NCBI GenBank assembly: GCA_963845535.1
Contig: CAWJSK010000004.1
Span: forward strand, 160,001 to 224,000
Origin: an uncultured Spirochaetota bacterium
Lineage (GTDB): Bacteria > Spirochaetota > Spirochaetia > SZUA-6 > Fen-1364
Length of the DNA stretch: 64,000 nt
Direction of reading: 5' to 3'
Shown: positions 1 through 9,284 of the stretch, piece by piece
Numbering within the stretch: the stretch's first letter is position 1
Layout: each line of letters begins with the position of its first letter
Notes under the pieces: generated by a model
What the model was told of the DNA's origin: nothing
Seen by the model: the letters and a program-made list of their open reading frames with translations, nothing else
Databases searched by the model: none
Translations under genes and position numbers: made by a program

Positions 1-2
1 AC

Positions 3-461
3 GAAGCCGGGTTCATCATCACGGACGTCGAACCGTGGTATGTCATTCTCGGTGAGACCAACTCGTACAGCTTCCAGCTCATCACCACTGCCATCCGCCT
101 CATTGAGAAAGGCGCCCGCTTCATAGCCACCAACCCGGACCCTTCCGGGCCGGGAGACGGTGGCCTGGTTCCCGCCTGCGGCGCCATGGCCGCGCTCATC
201 GAAAAAGCCACGGGAGTCAGCCCGTTCTTCGTGGGCAAGCCCAACCCGCTCATGATGCGTACCGCGCTCAACTACCTGGGGGTCCATTCCGAGAACACCG
301 TAATGGTGGGGGACAGGATGGACACCGACATGGTGGCTGGGGTCGAAAGCGGAATGGAAACCGTGCTCGTGCTGAGCGGCGTCACGCGGCGGGAGGACGT
401 GGAGCGCTATCCCTACCAGCCGACGCGTATCGTCGGGTCGGTTGCGGACATCGTTCCATAA
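3..461 (+). CDS. HAD-IIA family hydrolase (NagD-like), 5'-truncated by the window edge
   Basis: Frame is open from position 3; motifs ATNPD, GKPNP and MVGDRMDTD...G..SG...VLVLSG. Confidence 0.9.
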   Translation, partial: EAGFIITDVEPWYVILGETNSYSFQLITTAIRLIEKGARFIATNPDPSGPGDGGLVPACGAMAALIEKATGVSPFFVGKPNPLMMRTALNYLGVHSENTVMVGDRMDTDMVAGVESGMETVLVLSGVTRREDVERYPYQPTRIVGSVADIVP

Positions 462-485
462 AAAAGCCCCGGATTGCCCGGGGCT
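460..485 (-). terminator. Intrinsic terminator for the adenylate cyclase gene
   Basis: Stem AGCCCCGG/CCGGGGCT with a 5-nt loop; the A-run at 460-465 is a U-tract on the minus strand. Confidence 0.75.
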
Positions 486-490
486 GCCCT

Positions 491-2641
491 TCACTTCGTC
501 GTTCTGTGGAAAACCCCGTCCCATCCCCGTGGCGGAGGATCCTGCCTGAAATCCTTGATGCGCTGAAGGAAAACCTTGCTCGTTTCGTCCTTCAGCCCCT
601 TGGCAAGCGCTGCAAAGCCCTTCTCCGCGGCTTCCCACTTCTGCTTGCGGTACAGCTCGAGGGATGACTCGAAAACGTCTTTCAGGTTCACGAGCTTCTC
701 CGCCGCGGTCTTGGAATCCTGGAGCACCTCGTAGATGCGGACCGGCTGCGTTTTGCCTTTGACCGTCATCAGATCGATCTCACGACAGAGGATGGCGTCC
801 TTCACCTTATCGTAGACCGCTTCCGTAATCAGCGTCTTGGTCCCATATTCCTTGTTCGTGCCTTCCAGGCGTGCGGCCAGGTTCACCGTGTCCCCAATGC
901 TCGTGAAGTCCATCCTGTCCTTGGCGCCCATGCTTCCAAAGACCACCTGGCCTGTGTTGATGCCGATCCCAATAGACACGTTCTCCCGGCCCTGTGCCTT
1001 GGCCAGCTCTTTCTCCTTGGCCATGGCCTTGCGGATATCCAGGCTTGCTTTGCAGGCGTTGACGTCCTTCTTCGCGCCTTCGAACATCGCCATGATCTCA
1101 TCCCCGACGAACTTGTCGATCTCCCCGCCGTTGGCGTGGATGATCGAAGTCTGCAGGTCGAGGTAATGGTTGAGCATCTGAACCACCTTGTCCGGGGTCA
1201 TGGACTCCGAGATGCTCGTGAATCCACGGATGTCGGTGAACAGGAAGGTGAGCGTCTTCCGCTCCGTGGTCGGCTTCTCCCGTTCAGAGTGTTTCAGCGT
1301 GGAGGCGGAAATGTAGGGAATGACTCCGCGGATGACGGTGGTCATGTTGTTGACTTCATTGGAAAGGAGCTTGATCTCGTCCCGCGTCGTCACGCGGTCC
1401 TTGTACTGGAGAAGCTCGGCGGAAACCTTCTCCTTTCCCTTGATCATGCGGGAGAGCATGTCCGCAATGGAGTACACGCTCATCCTGAGAAAAAGGATGG
1501 GGAAAACGATGTTCCGCCCGAATAGGAAGATGAGAAAGACCGATGCGTACATGAAAAGCGCGGCGACTACGAAGACTTTCACCTGGGTGCGGAAGTACGG
1601 CTCGTAGATCACATCCCGCGCGTAATCCACGGTGACGTAGCCGATGAACACGTTGCTCAGCAGGACGGGGGCCAGGAACTCGTAGACCTTCTTCTCATCG
1701 TTGTAGCGGGAGGTCACCTCGGTGAGGGGAGAATCAAGGGTCGTCCTCTGGCCGACCCGGCTGGGGTCCGTGCCGGACCATAGCACGAAGTCCCCCGCCT
1801 TGACGTCCCTGCGAAAGAAGGAAAGCGTATTGAACCGGAAAGAAGACCCCGAGCCCGTGGCTGCGCTGTTCTTCTTGGCGGCGGCGTCGAAGTAATCATC
1901 CAGCGCGATCCGGTCAGTAGGGTTCGCCTTGACTTCGGTGGCCGCGCTCTCCGTCACGCTCTCAGCGTTCGCAAAGACGGCGTCCTGGATGGTGACTTTG
2001 AAGTTGCTGAGGAGCACGATGGAAAGCACCACGATGACCACGAGGATCAACGGGACAAACGTAAGGATCAGCCGCCTCTGGATTCCCTGACGCGGGACGA
2101 TGGACAGCACTCCCTGCTGCCCGTTGCCGCCCTCCCCGCCCCTTCTGAAAGTAAGATACTCCTGGTAGAACGGATCACGCCTGCTGATGCTCATGATGAG
2201 CGAGACGATCGAATAGGCGTTGAAGGCGAGAGAAACGGCAAGCACGCCGTAGGTGACGGGATGGAGCGCCTCGAAGTAGCGGGCGTTGGCGGCGAAGGCA
2301 ATGATATGGACCACGATCATTGCTATCACGAGCGCGCTTGACACGAAGTTCAGCAGAACGGAAATCGGCGACGCGGTATCAGCGATCAAGGGAACGCGGT
2401 CCCGGAGGAAGAACGCCGCGATCTTCCACAGACAAATCACGGGGACAAGCCAGGTAATGACGGTAACCGCCATCCAGGCGCCCGGCTGGCTCGGCGGAGA
2501 TCCGTAGAGCGATCCCGCGAACTGGATGGGATTGAAGCCGCTCAAGGTCTGGTTAATGTAGGGGAGCACATACCAGACGATCAGGATGACGGCAAAACCC
2601 ATTTCCATGGCATGGTAGGCCAGCCTGGACTTGTCCTTCAT
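491..2641 (-). CDS. Membrane-bound class III adenylate cyclase (TM helices, extracytoplasmic region, HAMP-like linker, C-terminal TPR-like helices)
   Basis: FTDIRGFT, IDKFVGDEIMA, DFTSIGDTVNLAARLE, VKGK; the Lys/Thr substrate-specifying pair fits ATP. Confidence 0.9.
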   Translation of the reverse strand: MKDKSRLAYHAMEMGFAVILIVWYVLPYINQTLSGFNPIQFAGSLYGSPPSQPGAWMAVTVITWLVPVICLWKIAAFFLRDRVPLIADTASPISVLLNFVSSALVIAMIVVHIIAFAANARYFEALHPVTYGVLAVSLAFNAYSIVSLIMSISRRDPFYQEYLTFRRGGEGGNGQQGVLSIVPRQGIQRRLILTFVPLILVVIVVLSIVLLSNFKVTIQDAVFANAESVTESAATEVKANPTDRIALDDYFDAAAKKNSAATGSGSSFRFNTLSFFRRDVKAGDFVLWSGTDPSRVGQRTTLDSPLTEVTSRYNDEKKVYEFLAPVLLSNVFIGYVTVDYARDVIYEPYFRTQVKVFVVAALFMYASVFLIFLFGRNIVFPILFLRMSVYSIADMLSRMIKGKEKVSAELLQYKDRVTTRDEIKLLSNEVNNMTTVIRGVIPYISASTLKHSEREKPTTERKTLTFLFTDIRGFTSISESMTPDKVVQMLNHYLDLQTSIIHANGGEIDKFVGDEIMAMFEGAKKDVNACKASLDIRKAMAKEKELAKAQGRENVSIGIGINTGQVVFGSMGAKDRMDFTSIGDTVNLAARLEGTNKEYGTKTLITEAVYDKVKDAILCREIDLMTVKGKTQPVRIYEVLQDSKTAAEKLVNLKDVFESSLELYRKQKWEAAEKGFAALAKGLKDETSKVFLQRIKDFRQDPPPRGWDGVFHRTTK

Positions 2642-2701
2642 TTTCTCTCTCTCCTTGGGCGGGGCCGCTCCGCCGGTGCGCTCACCCCGAGGGCCGCAGC
2701 G

Positions 2702-3964
2702 TCAGAACTGTTCGAGCAGCTTCTGTTTTGAGCGAGCCTTGTCGAGATAATCTGATGCCTGCTCGTAGTCCACCTGGATGGCGACAACGGTCTGCAGGAG
2801 ATCGATTGCCGTCTTGAAATCTTCGTTGCGGTAGGCGTCGACGCCCTTGTCGTACAGGTCCTTCAGGCTGGAGAGTATCTTTTCATTGCGGCTGTCCAGC
2901 TGCTGCATATTCGAAGAATCCTTGGCAACCTTGGCCAGGGAGTCCACCTTGCGGTGCGCCGCCACCAGCTCACCCGCGGCAATCAGGTTGTCGATATCCT
3001 GCAGGGATGCATCGAAGGACACCGGGGTGGCGGTGGGCTGCTCGGTCTTATTCGCCAGTTTCCCGCGCAACACCCGCGCCTCATCGGTCTCCATCACCGC
3101 AAGGGCGGCCTCGTTCTTGACCTCGGCGGTTGTGTAGTCCTTCTTTTTATAGAGGCTCACAGCCCACGTGTAGTTCAGAGTGTACGCCACCTGGCGCACA
3201 TCCGCGTCGAAACTGTTGTCCACGCGCCTGTTCAGATCGTTGAGGGCGTTCACCTGGCCGCGCGCGTCGACAAAGTTGCCCGCGACAATGGCTTTCTGCG
3301 CGACATCAATACGGCGGGCGACAAGCTTGGCAAGCTCCCCGCGGGCAGCGGAATGCTGGCCTTGCGCGTTGGAGCTCTTGGGATCAACATCCAGGGCCCT
3401 GCTCGTTTGCTGGTAGGCCACCGTGTACTGCTTCTCTTTCATGGAGTCCGGGCTCTTGGCATTGATCTTGTCCGTGGCGGCCTTTGCCTTGGCAAGGTAC
3501 GAATTGACCAGGGCGGAACGAACCGAAGCGGTGTCATTAAGCATCTTCTGCGCTTCCGCGTTTCCCGGGTCGATCTTTATTGCCGTCTGGAGAGCGACAA
3601 AGATGGCGTAGTTGTCATCATCAGTGCGTCTGGGGTTCTTGAGCGCTTTGGAGGCCGTCCGCAGGTTTGCCCGAAGCTGGGCGCTCTTGTAGTCATCCAC
3701 CAGCGCCAGGTATTGCTGGGCGCGCGCGTTGGTGGAGTCGTACTTGAGGGCCACGACGAAGTAGTTTCTTATGTCGGCAATTCTCTCGAACTCCGCCTGG
3801 TGCACGAGGTGGATGTCATACTCTTCCACTCCGGCTTCGGTCAGCGCCCTGGATTTGCTTTGATCATCCAGTTTTTTGATCAGGAAAGAATCGGAATCAT
3901 TGACGGACGTGCATGCCAAAAGCCCTCCCGCTACAAGGCATGCCAGGAAAACGAGCCTCTTCAT
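2702..3964 (-). CDS. TPR-like helical-repeat lipoprotein
   Basis: Signal peptide ending in lipobox LLAC; repeated A+.+DP.N..A TPR-like motifs. Confidence 0.75.
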   Translation of the reverse strand: MKRLVFLACLVAGGLLACTSVNDSDSFLIKKLDDQSKSRALTEAGVEEYDIHLVHQAEFERIADIRNYFVVALKYDSTNARAQQYLALVDDYKSAQLRANLRTASKALKNPRRTDDDNYAIFVALQTAIKIDPGNAEAQKMLNDTASVRSALVNSYLAKAKAATDKINAKSPDSMKEKQYTVAYQQTSRALDVDPKSSNAQGQHSAARGELAKLVARRIDVAQKAIVAGNFVDARGQVNALNDLNRRVDNSFDADVRQVAYTLNYTWAVSLYKKKDYTTAEVKNEAALAVMETDEARVLRGKLANKTEQPTATPVSFDASLQDIDNLIAAGELVAAHRKVDSLAKVAKDSSNMQQLDSRNEKILSSLKDLYDKGVDAYRNEDFKTAIDLLQTVVAIQVDYEQASDYLDKARSKQKLLEQF

Positions 3965-3983
3965 GGGAACCTCAATTGCTTAG

Positions 3984-4012
3984 AGTATAGTCCCATTCCG
4001 GTCACGGGACAA
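3984..4012 (-). promoter_or_regulatory. Sigma70-type promoter for the lipoprotein-cyclase pair
   Basis: TTGTCC-17 nt-TATACT on the minus strand. Confidence 0.6.
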
Positions 4013-4037
4013 GACATGGAGAGTAACAATTGAATCA

Positions 4038-4925
4038 TCACCAGGCCGGCGCTATCCTGGCGGAGTCCAGCGTGTTGGAGAGAAGCATGGTGATGGTCAT
4101 GGGGCCGACGCCACCGGGCACCGGCGTAATGGCCTCCGCTCTTTTGCTCACCTCATCGAACTTCACGTCACCGACCATGCGCTGGCCCTTCGGATGGGAC
4201 GGGTCAGGGATCCTGTTGATACCGACGTCGATCACCACCGCCCCTTCACGCACCATTTCGGCCGTGACGAACTCAGGCCGTCCAATGGCCGCAATCAGGA
4301 TATCCGCCTGACGAGTGAAGGAGGGAAGGTCACGGGTGCGGGAATGACAGACGGTGACGGTGGCGTCGGCAGCCTCTCCCTTCTGCATGAGCATGTTGGC
4401 AATCGGCTTTCCGACGATGTTGCTGCGGCCCAGGACAACCACATGACTGCCGGCGACCTTTACCCCTGAGTACTCGAGCAGCTTCTGGATCCCCAGGGGA
4501 GTGCAGGGGCGAAACCCCTTTTCTCCTGACATGATCCGGCCAAGGCTCACGGGATGGAAGCCGTCCACATCCTTGCTGGGGACAATGGCATTGATCACTT
4601 TCTGCTCGTCGATCTGGGCCGGCAGGGGAAGCTGCACGAGGATGCCGTGGATCCTGGGGTCCTGGTTCAGCTTCTCGACAAGGCCAAGCAGCTCCGCCTC
4701 GGAGGCGCTCTCCGCCAGCGTGTGCTGCTCGGAGTAGATGCCGATCTCATGCGCCGCCTTGTTCTTGTTCCTCACGTAGCTGCGCGAGGCGGGGTTGTCC
4801 CCCACAAGCACCACGGCAAGCCCGGGCGTGACCCCGCGCTCCCGCTTGAGCGCTTGTATTCCCTCCGCGATCTCCGTGCGAATCCTTCCCGCGATTTCCG
4901 TTCCATTGATGATCCGCGCAGCCAT
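4038..4925 (-). CDS. folD: Bifunctional methylene-THF dehydrogenase/cyclohydrolase
   Basis: YVRNK, GILVQLPLP, KDVDGFHP, PCTP, GRSNIVGKP, PVPGGVGPMT. Confidence 0.97.
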   Translation of the reverse strand: MAARIINGTEIAGRIRTEIAEGIQALKRERGVTPGLAVVLVGDNPASRSYVRNKNKAAHEIGIYSEQHTLAESASEAELLGLVEKLNQDPRIHGILVQLPLPAQIDEQKVINAIVPSKDVDGFHPVSLGRIMSGEKGFRPCTPLGIQKLLEYSGVKVAGSHVVVLGRSNIVGKPIANMLMQKGEAADATVTVCHSRTRDLPSFTRQADILIAAIGRPEFVTAEMVREGAVVIDVGINRIPDPSHPKGQRMVGDVKFDEVSKRAEAITPVPGGVGPMTITMLLSNTLDSARIAPAW

Positions 4926-4934
4926 ATCCCCTCC

Positions 4935-5738
4935 CTATCCCATTCCCTCGAACCTGCCTCCCCGCTCCGCGGTGATGTAGGCCATGCAGAACTGGTCCCT
5001 GCCGGCAAGGGCTTCCGCGGCCAGGATATTCGCCATCATGCGCGGGTCCAGGGGATCAACGATGGCGCTGTCCATGCCCTTGGCGACCGCCATTGCCACG
5101 AAAACCTGGTTGAGGAGCTTGCGGCGGGGAAGGCCGTAGGAGACGTTGGAAAGGCCGCATGTCTTGTGGACCTGAGGGTGCTTTTCGGTGATCCGTTCCA
5201 CCACTCCCAGGGCGCCCATGCCATAGTCGGGACTGGTGCTGACGGGCCGGATGAGCGGGTCGACGAATATATGGTCCGGCGGGATGCCGTCATCCTCCAG
5301 CCTCTTGATGAGGCCGTCGGCAACCTCCCACACCCTGCCCATGTCGTCTGTCATCCCGCCGTCGTCAAGGCTCAGCGCAACCACGCGGGCGCCGTACTTC
5401 TTGAGCAACGGGATCAGGGCCTTGTACCTTTCGGATTCTGCTGAGATAGAATTGAGGAACGGGTCCTTGCCCGCCATGGCGAGCCCCGCCTCCACCGCGG
5501 CCGGCCGCGGGGAGTCGATAGACAGCGGGACTTCACTCACCTCTCGGATGACCGAGACCAGCCACTGGACTCTCTCCACCTCGTCAGTGGGGAATGCGCC
5601 CGCGTTCACGTCCACCCAGGCAGCCCCGGCCTCCGCCTGCTTCCGCGCGAGGTCCTGGATGTATGCGCTGTCTTTCTTCTCGATGGCCGCCCGGATCTGC
5701 TTGCGCGTCGAGTTGATCAGTTCTCCGATAATGAGCAT
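4935..5738 (-). CDS. Methyltetrahydrofolate:corrinoid methyltransferase (AcsE-like pterin-binding TIM barrel)
   Basis: MLIIGELIN, DVNAG, SIDS, NSIS, DPL, GLSNVSYGLP.R, MDSAIVDP. Confidence 0.85.
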   Translation of the reverse strand: MLIIGELINSTRKQIRAAIEKKDSAYIQDLARKQAEAGAAWVDVNAGAFPTDEVERVQWLVSVIREVSEVPLSIDSPRPAAVEAGLAMAGKDPFLNSISAESERYKALIPLLKKYGARVVALSLDDGGMTDDMGRVWEVADGLIKRLEDDGIPPDHIFVDPLIRPVSTSPDYGMGALGVVERITEKHPQVHKTCGLSNVSYGLPRRKLLNQVFVAMAVAKGMDSAIVDPLDPRMMANILAAEALAGRDQFCMAYITAERGGRFEGMG

Positions 5739-5785
5739 GCCGCGCCGTCCCTTCTTTGCGCCGACCCCTGTTGAGGAATGGGCGA

Positions 5786-5814
5786 ACTATAGGGCGCGGC
5801 CTGCGCGAAGTCAA
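5786..5814 (-). promoter_or_regulatory. Sigma70 promoter of the acsE-like/folD operon
   Basis: TTGACT-17 nt-TATAGT on the minus strand. Confidence 0.7.
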
Positions 5815-5861
5815 GGTTTGCTCGATCCGGGTTTGCTCCGGGTTTGCTCGAACCGGCGCGC

Positions 5862-7109
5862 TCAATCTTGCGCGTCGAAGGAGTAGGCGACCTGCTGGAA
5901 GTGCGAGCGCATCTCTTTCACTTCGTCTCCCACGAACTTCTTTTCCAGAAGACAGCGCTTGAAAAGCTCCGCAATCCGGTCCATCTCCGCTTCCTTCATG
6001 CCGATGCGGGTCATCTCCTGGACCCCGATCCTGATCCCGGCAGGGCTGGTGGCATGGGCCAGCGGCTCGAAAGGAAGAAGGTTCATGTTGACGATGATGC
6101 GGTTGTCTTTGAGGTCCCGCGCGGCCGTGTCACCGCCCCCCAGGTCCGACATGTCGACTGCCACCTGATGGGTCTCCGTGAACCCGAACTGCTCACCCTG
6201 GACCTTGAAGCCCAGATCGAAAAGCTTGCGGGCGAGGTGCTTCGCGTTCGCCACGACCTGGCGCGCATAGTCGGCTCCGAACTCGAGCATCTCGTAGGTC
6301 GCGGCGGCAAGGGCGACGAGGGTCTCCAGGTGATGGTTGGAGGAAGAACCGGGGAACGCGCCCTTGTCGATCTTCCGCCATTCCTCGTCATCTACATTGG
6401 AAAGGATCACGCCGCGCTGTGAGCCGAAGAACGTCTTGTGGGTGCTCGCGGTGACGATGGTGGCCCCTTCTCCCAGAGGGTCCTGGAACTGGTGGCCCGC
6501 AATGAGCCCCAGGACGTGCGCCGCGTCATAGATGAGCTGTATCCCCTTCTTTCGGCAATACGGGGCAAGCTCTTTCAGGGGCTCGGGAAAAAGGAAAAGG
6601 CTCTTTCCCATGATGAGCACCCGCGGCTCGATGGCCGTCATGATGTCCAGGGTGTGGTCAATGTCGATATGATAGCCATCCGGGGTGAGTGGAAAGTTCA
6701 CGATGTTCCTCGTGTATTTGCCCACGGAGCCGGCGCGGTGATGGCTGATGTGCCCGCCGCCAGGGGTCGAGTTGACGAGAGCGATATCCCCCCAACGGAT
6801 GTAGCGGCTGAAGACCGCGTCATTGGCTATGGTTCCGCTGATGGGGCGCACGTCGGTGTGCTTGCAGTGGAAAAGGCTCTTCATATGCTGCTTGAGAAGG
6901 CTCTCGATCTCATCGATGATCTCCGTGCCCTGGTAGTAGCGCTCCCCGGGGTGGCCTTCGGCGTACCGATGCGCGAAGTCCGAGCCCATGATCTCCCGGA
7001 CCCGCCGGCTGGTCACGTTTTCGCTGGCAATCAGGTTGATGCAGCCGTCACGCCACGAGTTCTGATCCTTCACCAGGCTCTCGATATGAGCCACGTTTCT
7101 CTCGTACAT
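5862..7109 (-). CDS. glyA: Serine hydroxymethyltransferase, archaeal-type sequence
   Basis: NLIASEN, YAEG.P..RYYQG, GGHISH, DAAHVLGLIAG, STHKTFFG (PLP lysine), GIRIGVQEMTR. Confidence 0.92.
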   Translation of the reverse strand: MYERNVAHIESLVKDQNSWRDGCINLIASENVTSRRVREIMGSDFAHRYAEGHPGERYYQGTEIIDEIESLLKQHMKSLFHCKHTDVRPISGTIANDAVFSRYIRWGDIALVNSTPGGGHISHHRAGSVGKYTRNIVNFPLTPDGYHIDIDHTLDIMTAIEPRVLIMGKSLFLFPEPLKELAPYCRKKGIQLIYDAAHVLGLIAGHQFQDPLGEGATIVTASTHKTFFGSQRGVILSNVDDEEWRKIDKGAFPGSSSNHHLETLVALAAATYEMLEFGADYARQVVANAKHLARKLFDLGFKVQGEQFGFTETHQVAVDMSDLGGGDTAARDLKDNRIIVNMNLLPFEPLAHATSPAGIRIGVQEMTRIGMKEAEMDRIAELFKRCLLEKKFVGDEVKEMRSHFQQVAYSFDAQD

Positions 7110-7164
7110 CGTCAGTCCTTTCCGATTGTATGAAGCCGTGCGGCTTGAACCCGCTCACCCGACC

Positions 7165-8418
7165 CTAATGTTTGAAGCACCTCTGGCCCGTGTAGACCAT
7201 TGCCACGCCGCTTTCGTTGCACGCTTCGATTGACTCGAAATCCCGCTCGGAGCCTCCCGGCTGGATGATGGCGGTCACTCCTTCCCGGATGCCGACCTCC
7301 ACGCCGTCGCGGAACGGGAAGAACCCGTCGGACACCATGCTGGAGCCGGCAATCCCTCCCTTTTGCCGGGCCGTCTCACGGTCGATCTCGGCCTTGGCCT
7401 CGGGTTTCTCCAGCGTGGCATACGGGGTCTGGAAGGCTTCCCACGCCAGACGGTCCGCAAGCTTGCGGTATGCTTTGTCCCGCGCAATCTCGGCAACGCC
7501 GACCCTGTCCTGCTCGCCGGTGCCGATGCCGACGGTTGCCCCGTCTTTGACGTAGATCACCGAGTTGCTCGTGATTCCCGTTTCCACGAGCCATCCGAAA
7601 AGCAGGTCCTCAGACTCCGCCGCGCTCGGCGCCCTCTGAACGCGGTATTCCCTTCCCTTGTACACGGTCTGCGCGGGCAGGAAGTCACGCGCATGCAGGG
7701 TCCGGGGAACGAACGCGGTTTGCGCAATGATCCCCCCGTCGATCAGGCTCTTCAGGTCCACGTACTGCGCGCCGACAAAGCTCTCCAGCCTCGTCATGTT
7801 GGCAATGCGCATGACGCGAAGGTTCTTCCAACGGGCAAAGACGTCCATGACCCCGGGAGCGAACTCCGGCGCCACCACGACCTCGGCATAGGAGGCGGCG
7901 ATCAGCTCCGCCGTCTCCTTGTCCACTTCGCGGTTCATGGCTATTGCCCCCCCGAAAGCGGCAATCCGGTCCGCCATGTGGGCCCGGTGGTATGCCTCGG
8001 AAAGGACGGGGGCGCGGGCAACGCCGCAGGGATTGTTGTGCTTGACGATTACGGCGCACGGCGATGCAGAAAGATAGCGCAGGATGTTGAGCGCGTTGTC
8101 CGCGTCCGTGATGTTGATCTTGCCGGGATGCTTCCCTGACTGCAGAAGCTCGACATCCGAGGCAAGGTGGCGCCCGGCCTGGATGGTGACAGCCTCCCCC
8201 AGGGAAAGGTTCCCATTCACGAGCCTGTAGAGGGCCGCCTCCTGCCCCGGGTTCTCCCCGTAGCGCAGCCCCTTCTCCTCACCGCCTATGACCCAGGTGG
8301 CCTTTTGATAGAACAGAGTCTGCCGGCCCGCCTCCCCGACGAAGCTGATCTCCAGGTGCTCGGGGAAGTGGTCGTCCATCATGCGCCGATATGCGCCCTT
8401 CAGGTCAGGGGTGGGCAT
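7165..8418 (-). CDS. AICAR transformylase domain of PurH, encoded separately
   Basis: LRYGENPGQ.A, IVKHNNPCG, AFGG, SNSV, GIGTGEQDRV, SDGFFPF, IQPGGS.RD, TGQRCFKH. Confidence 0.88.
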   Translation of the reverse strand: MPTPDLKGAYRRMMDDHFPEHLEISFVGEAGRQTLFYQKATWVIGGEEKGLRYGENPGQEAALYRLVNGNLSLGEAVTIQAGRHLASDVELLQSGKHPGKINITDADNALNILRYLSASPCAVIVKHNNPCGVARAPVLSEAYHRAHMADRIAAFGGAIAMNREVDKETAELIAASYAEVVVAPEFAPGVMDVFARWKNLRVMRIANMTRLESFVGAQYVDLKSLIDGGIIAQTAFVPRTLHARDFLPAQTVYKGREYRVQRAPSAAESEDLLFGWLVETGITSNSVIYVKDGATVGIGTGEQDRVGVAEIARDKAYRKLADRLAWEAFQTPYATLEKPEAKAEIDRETARQKGGIAGSSMVSDGFFPFRDGVEVGIREGVTAIIQPGGSERDFESIEACNESGVAMVYTGQRCFKH

Positions 8419-8423
8419 CCGAT

Positions 8424-9113
8424 TCAGCTTCCCGTTCTCACGTCGTAGTCCGCGGCCACCCGCTCAAGATCCAGTCCGGCGAGATAGGAACAGATTGCCG
8501 CGTCATAGGCGGCCGTGACGGCGAACGCTTTCTGAGCCAGGCGCCATCGGGTGGCGAGGGAAAGCGTCCCGCGTCCCGCGGAAAGCTCCTCGAGAACGGG
8601 CTCGTAGTCGGCCGGGTCGGTGAGCGCCGCGACGCGGTGAAAGTTCTTTGCCGCGGCTCGGACCATGCACGGCCCGCCAATGTCGATATTCGACCGCGCG
8701 GCCTCGGGGGTCGCGTCAGGTTTTGAGACGACGCTGGCAAACGGGTACAGGTTCACGACCACAAGGTCGATGGGAACGGCCCCGGCGCGAGCCATGTCCG
8801 CGCGATGTGCGTCATTGTAGGTTTCCGAGAGGAGGCCCAGATACACCTTGAAGTCCAGCGTCTTCACGAGGCCGCCCTGCATCTCGGGCTGCCCCGTGTA
8901 ATCCGAGACCTGCTGCAGCCTGTCCCTGGCTGCCGGGCCAAGCATGTCCCGAAGGGCGCTGTGCGTTCCGCCGGTGGAGAGAATCCTCAGATCAGGGGAG
9001 GCGGAGAGAAGCCCTTTCACCAGGAGATCGAGGCCCGATTTGTCCCAGACGCTGACCAGGGCGGTTTTCACCCGCACGCGGTCATCGATCATCTGGACTC
9101 TGTTGAGGGCCAT
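8424..9113 (-). CDS. IMP cyclohydrolase (MGS-like) domain of PurH, encoded separately
   Basis: ALVSVWDK.G, STGGT, TGQPEM.GGLVKTL, VVNLYPF, IDIGGP.MVRAAAKN; GGAGG upstream of ATG 9113. Confidence 0.88.
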   Translation of the reverse strand: MALNRVQMIDDRVRVKTALVSVWDKSGLDLLVKGLLSASPDLRILSTGGTHSALRDMLGPAARDRLQQVSDYTGQPEMQGGLVKTLDFKVYLGLLSETYNDAHRADMARAGAVPIDLVVVNLYPFASVVSKPDATPEAARSNIDIGGPCMVRAAAKNFHRVAALTDPADYEPVLEELSAGRGTLSLATRWRLAQKAFAVTAAYDAAICSYLAGLDLERVAADYDVRTGS

Positions 9114-9284
9114 CAAACCTCCGCGGCCATGCTATTGATTTTGACCCAGAGGATCAAGTCCGGCGGGACGCTTTGTCAAGGCGGGACGCTTTCGTGACGC
9201 GTTCGACGCGCTCGGCAGCGCGTTCGGCGCGTTCGGCCCTTTCGCGTTGCATGTTTCACGCCGCCCTGATAGAATCCGCACCCG

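Noticed and set aside
9114..9284. ZTP (pfl) riboswitch upstream of purH
   Set aside because: The expected GACUGG, GGGAGC and CGCCUGGG elements are absent.
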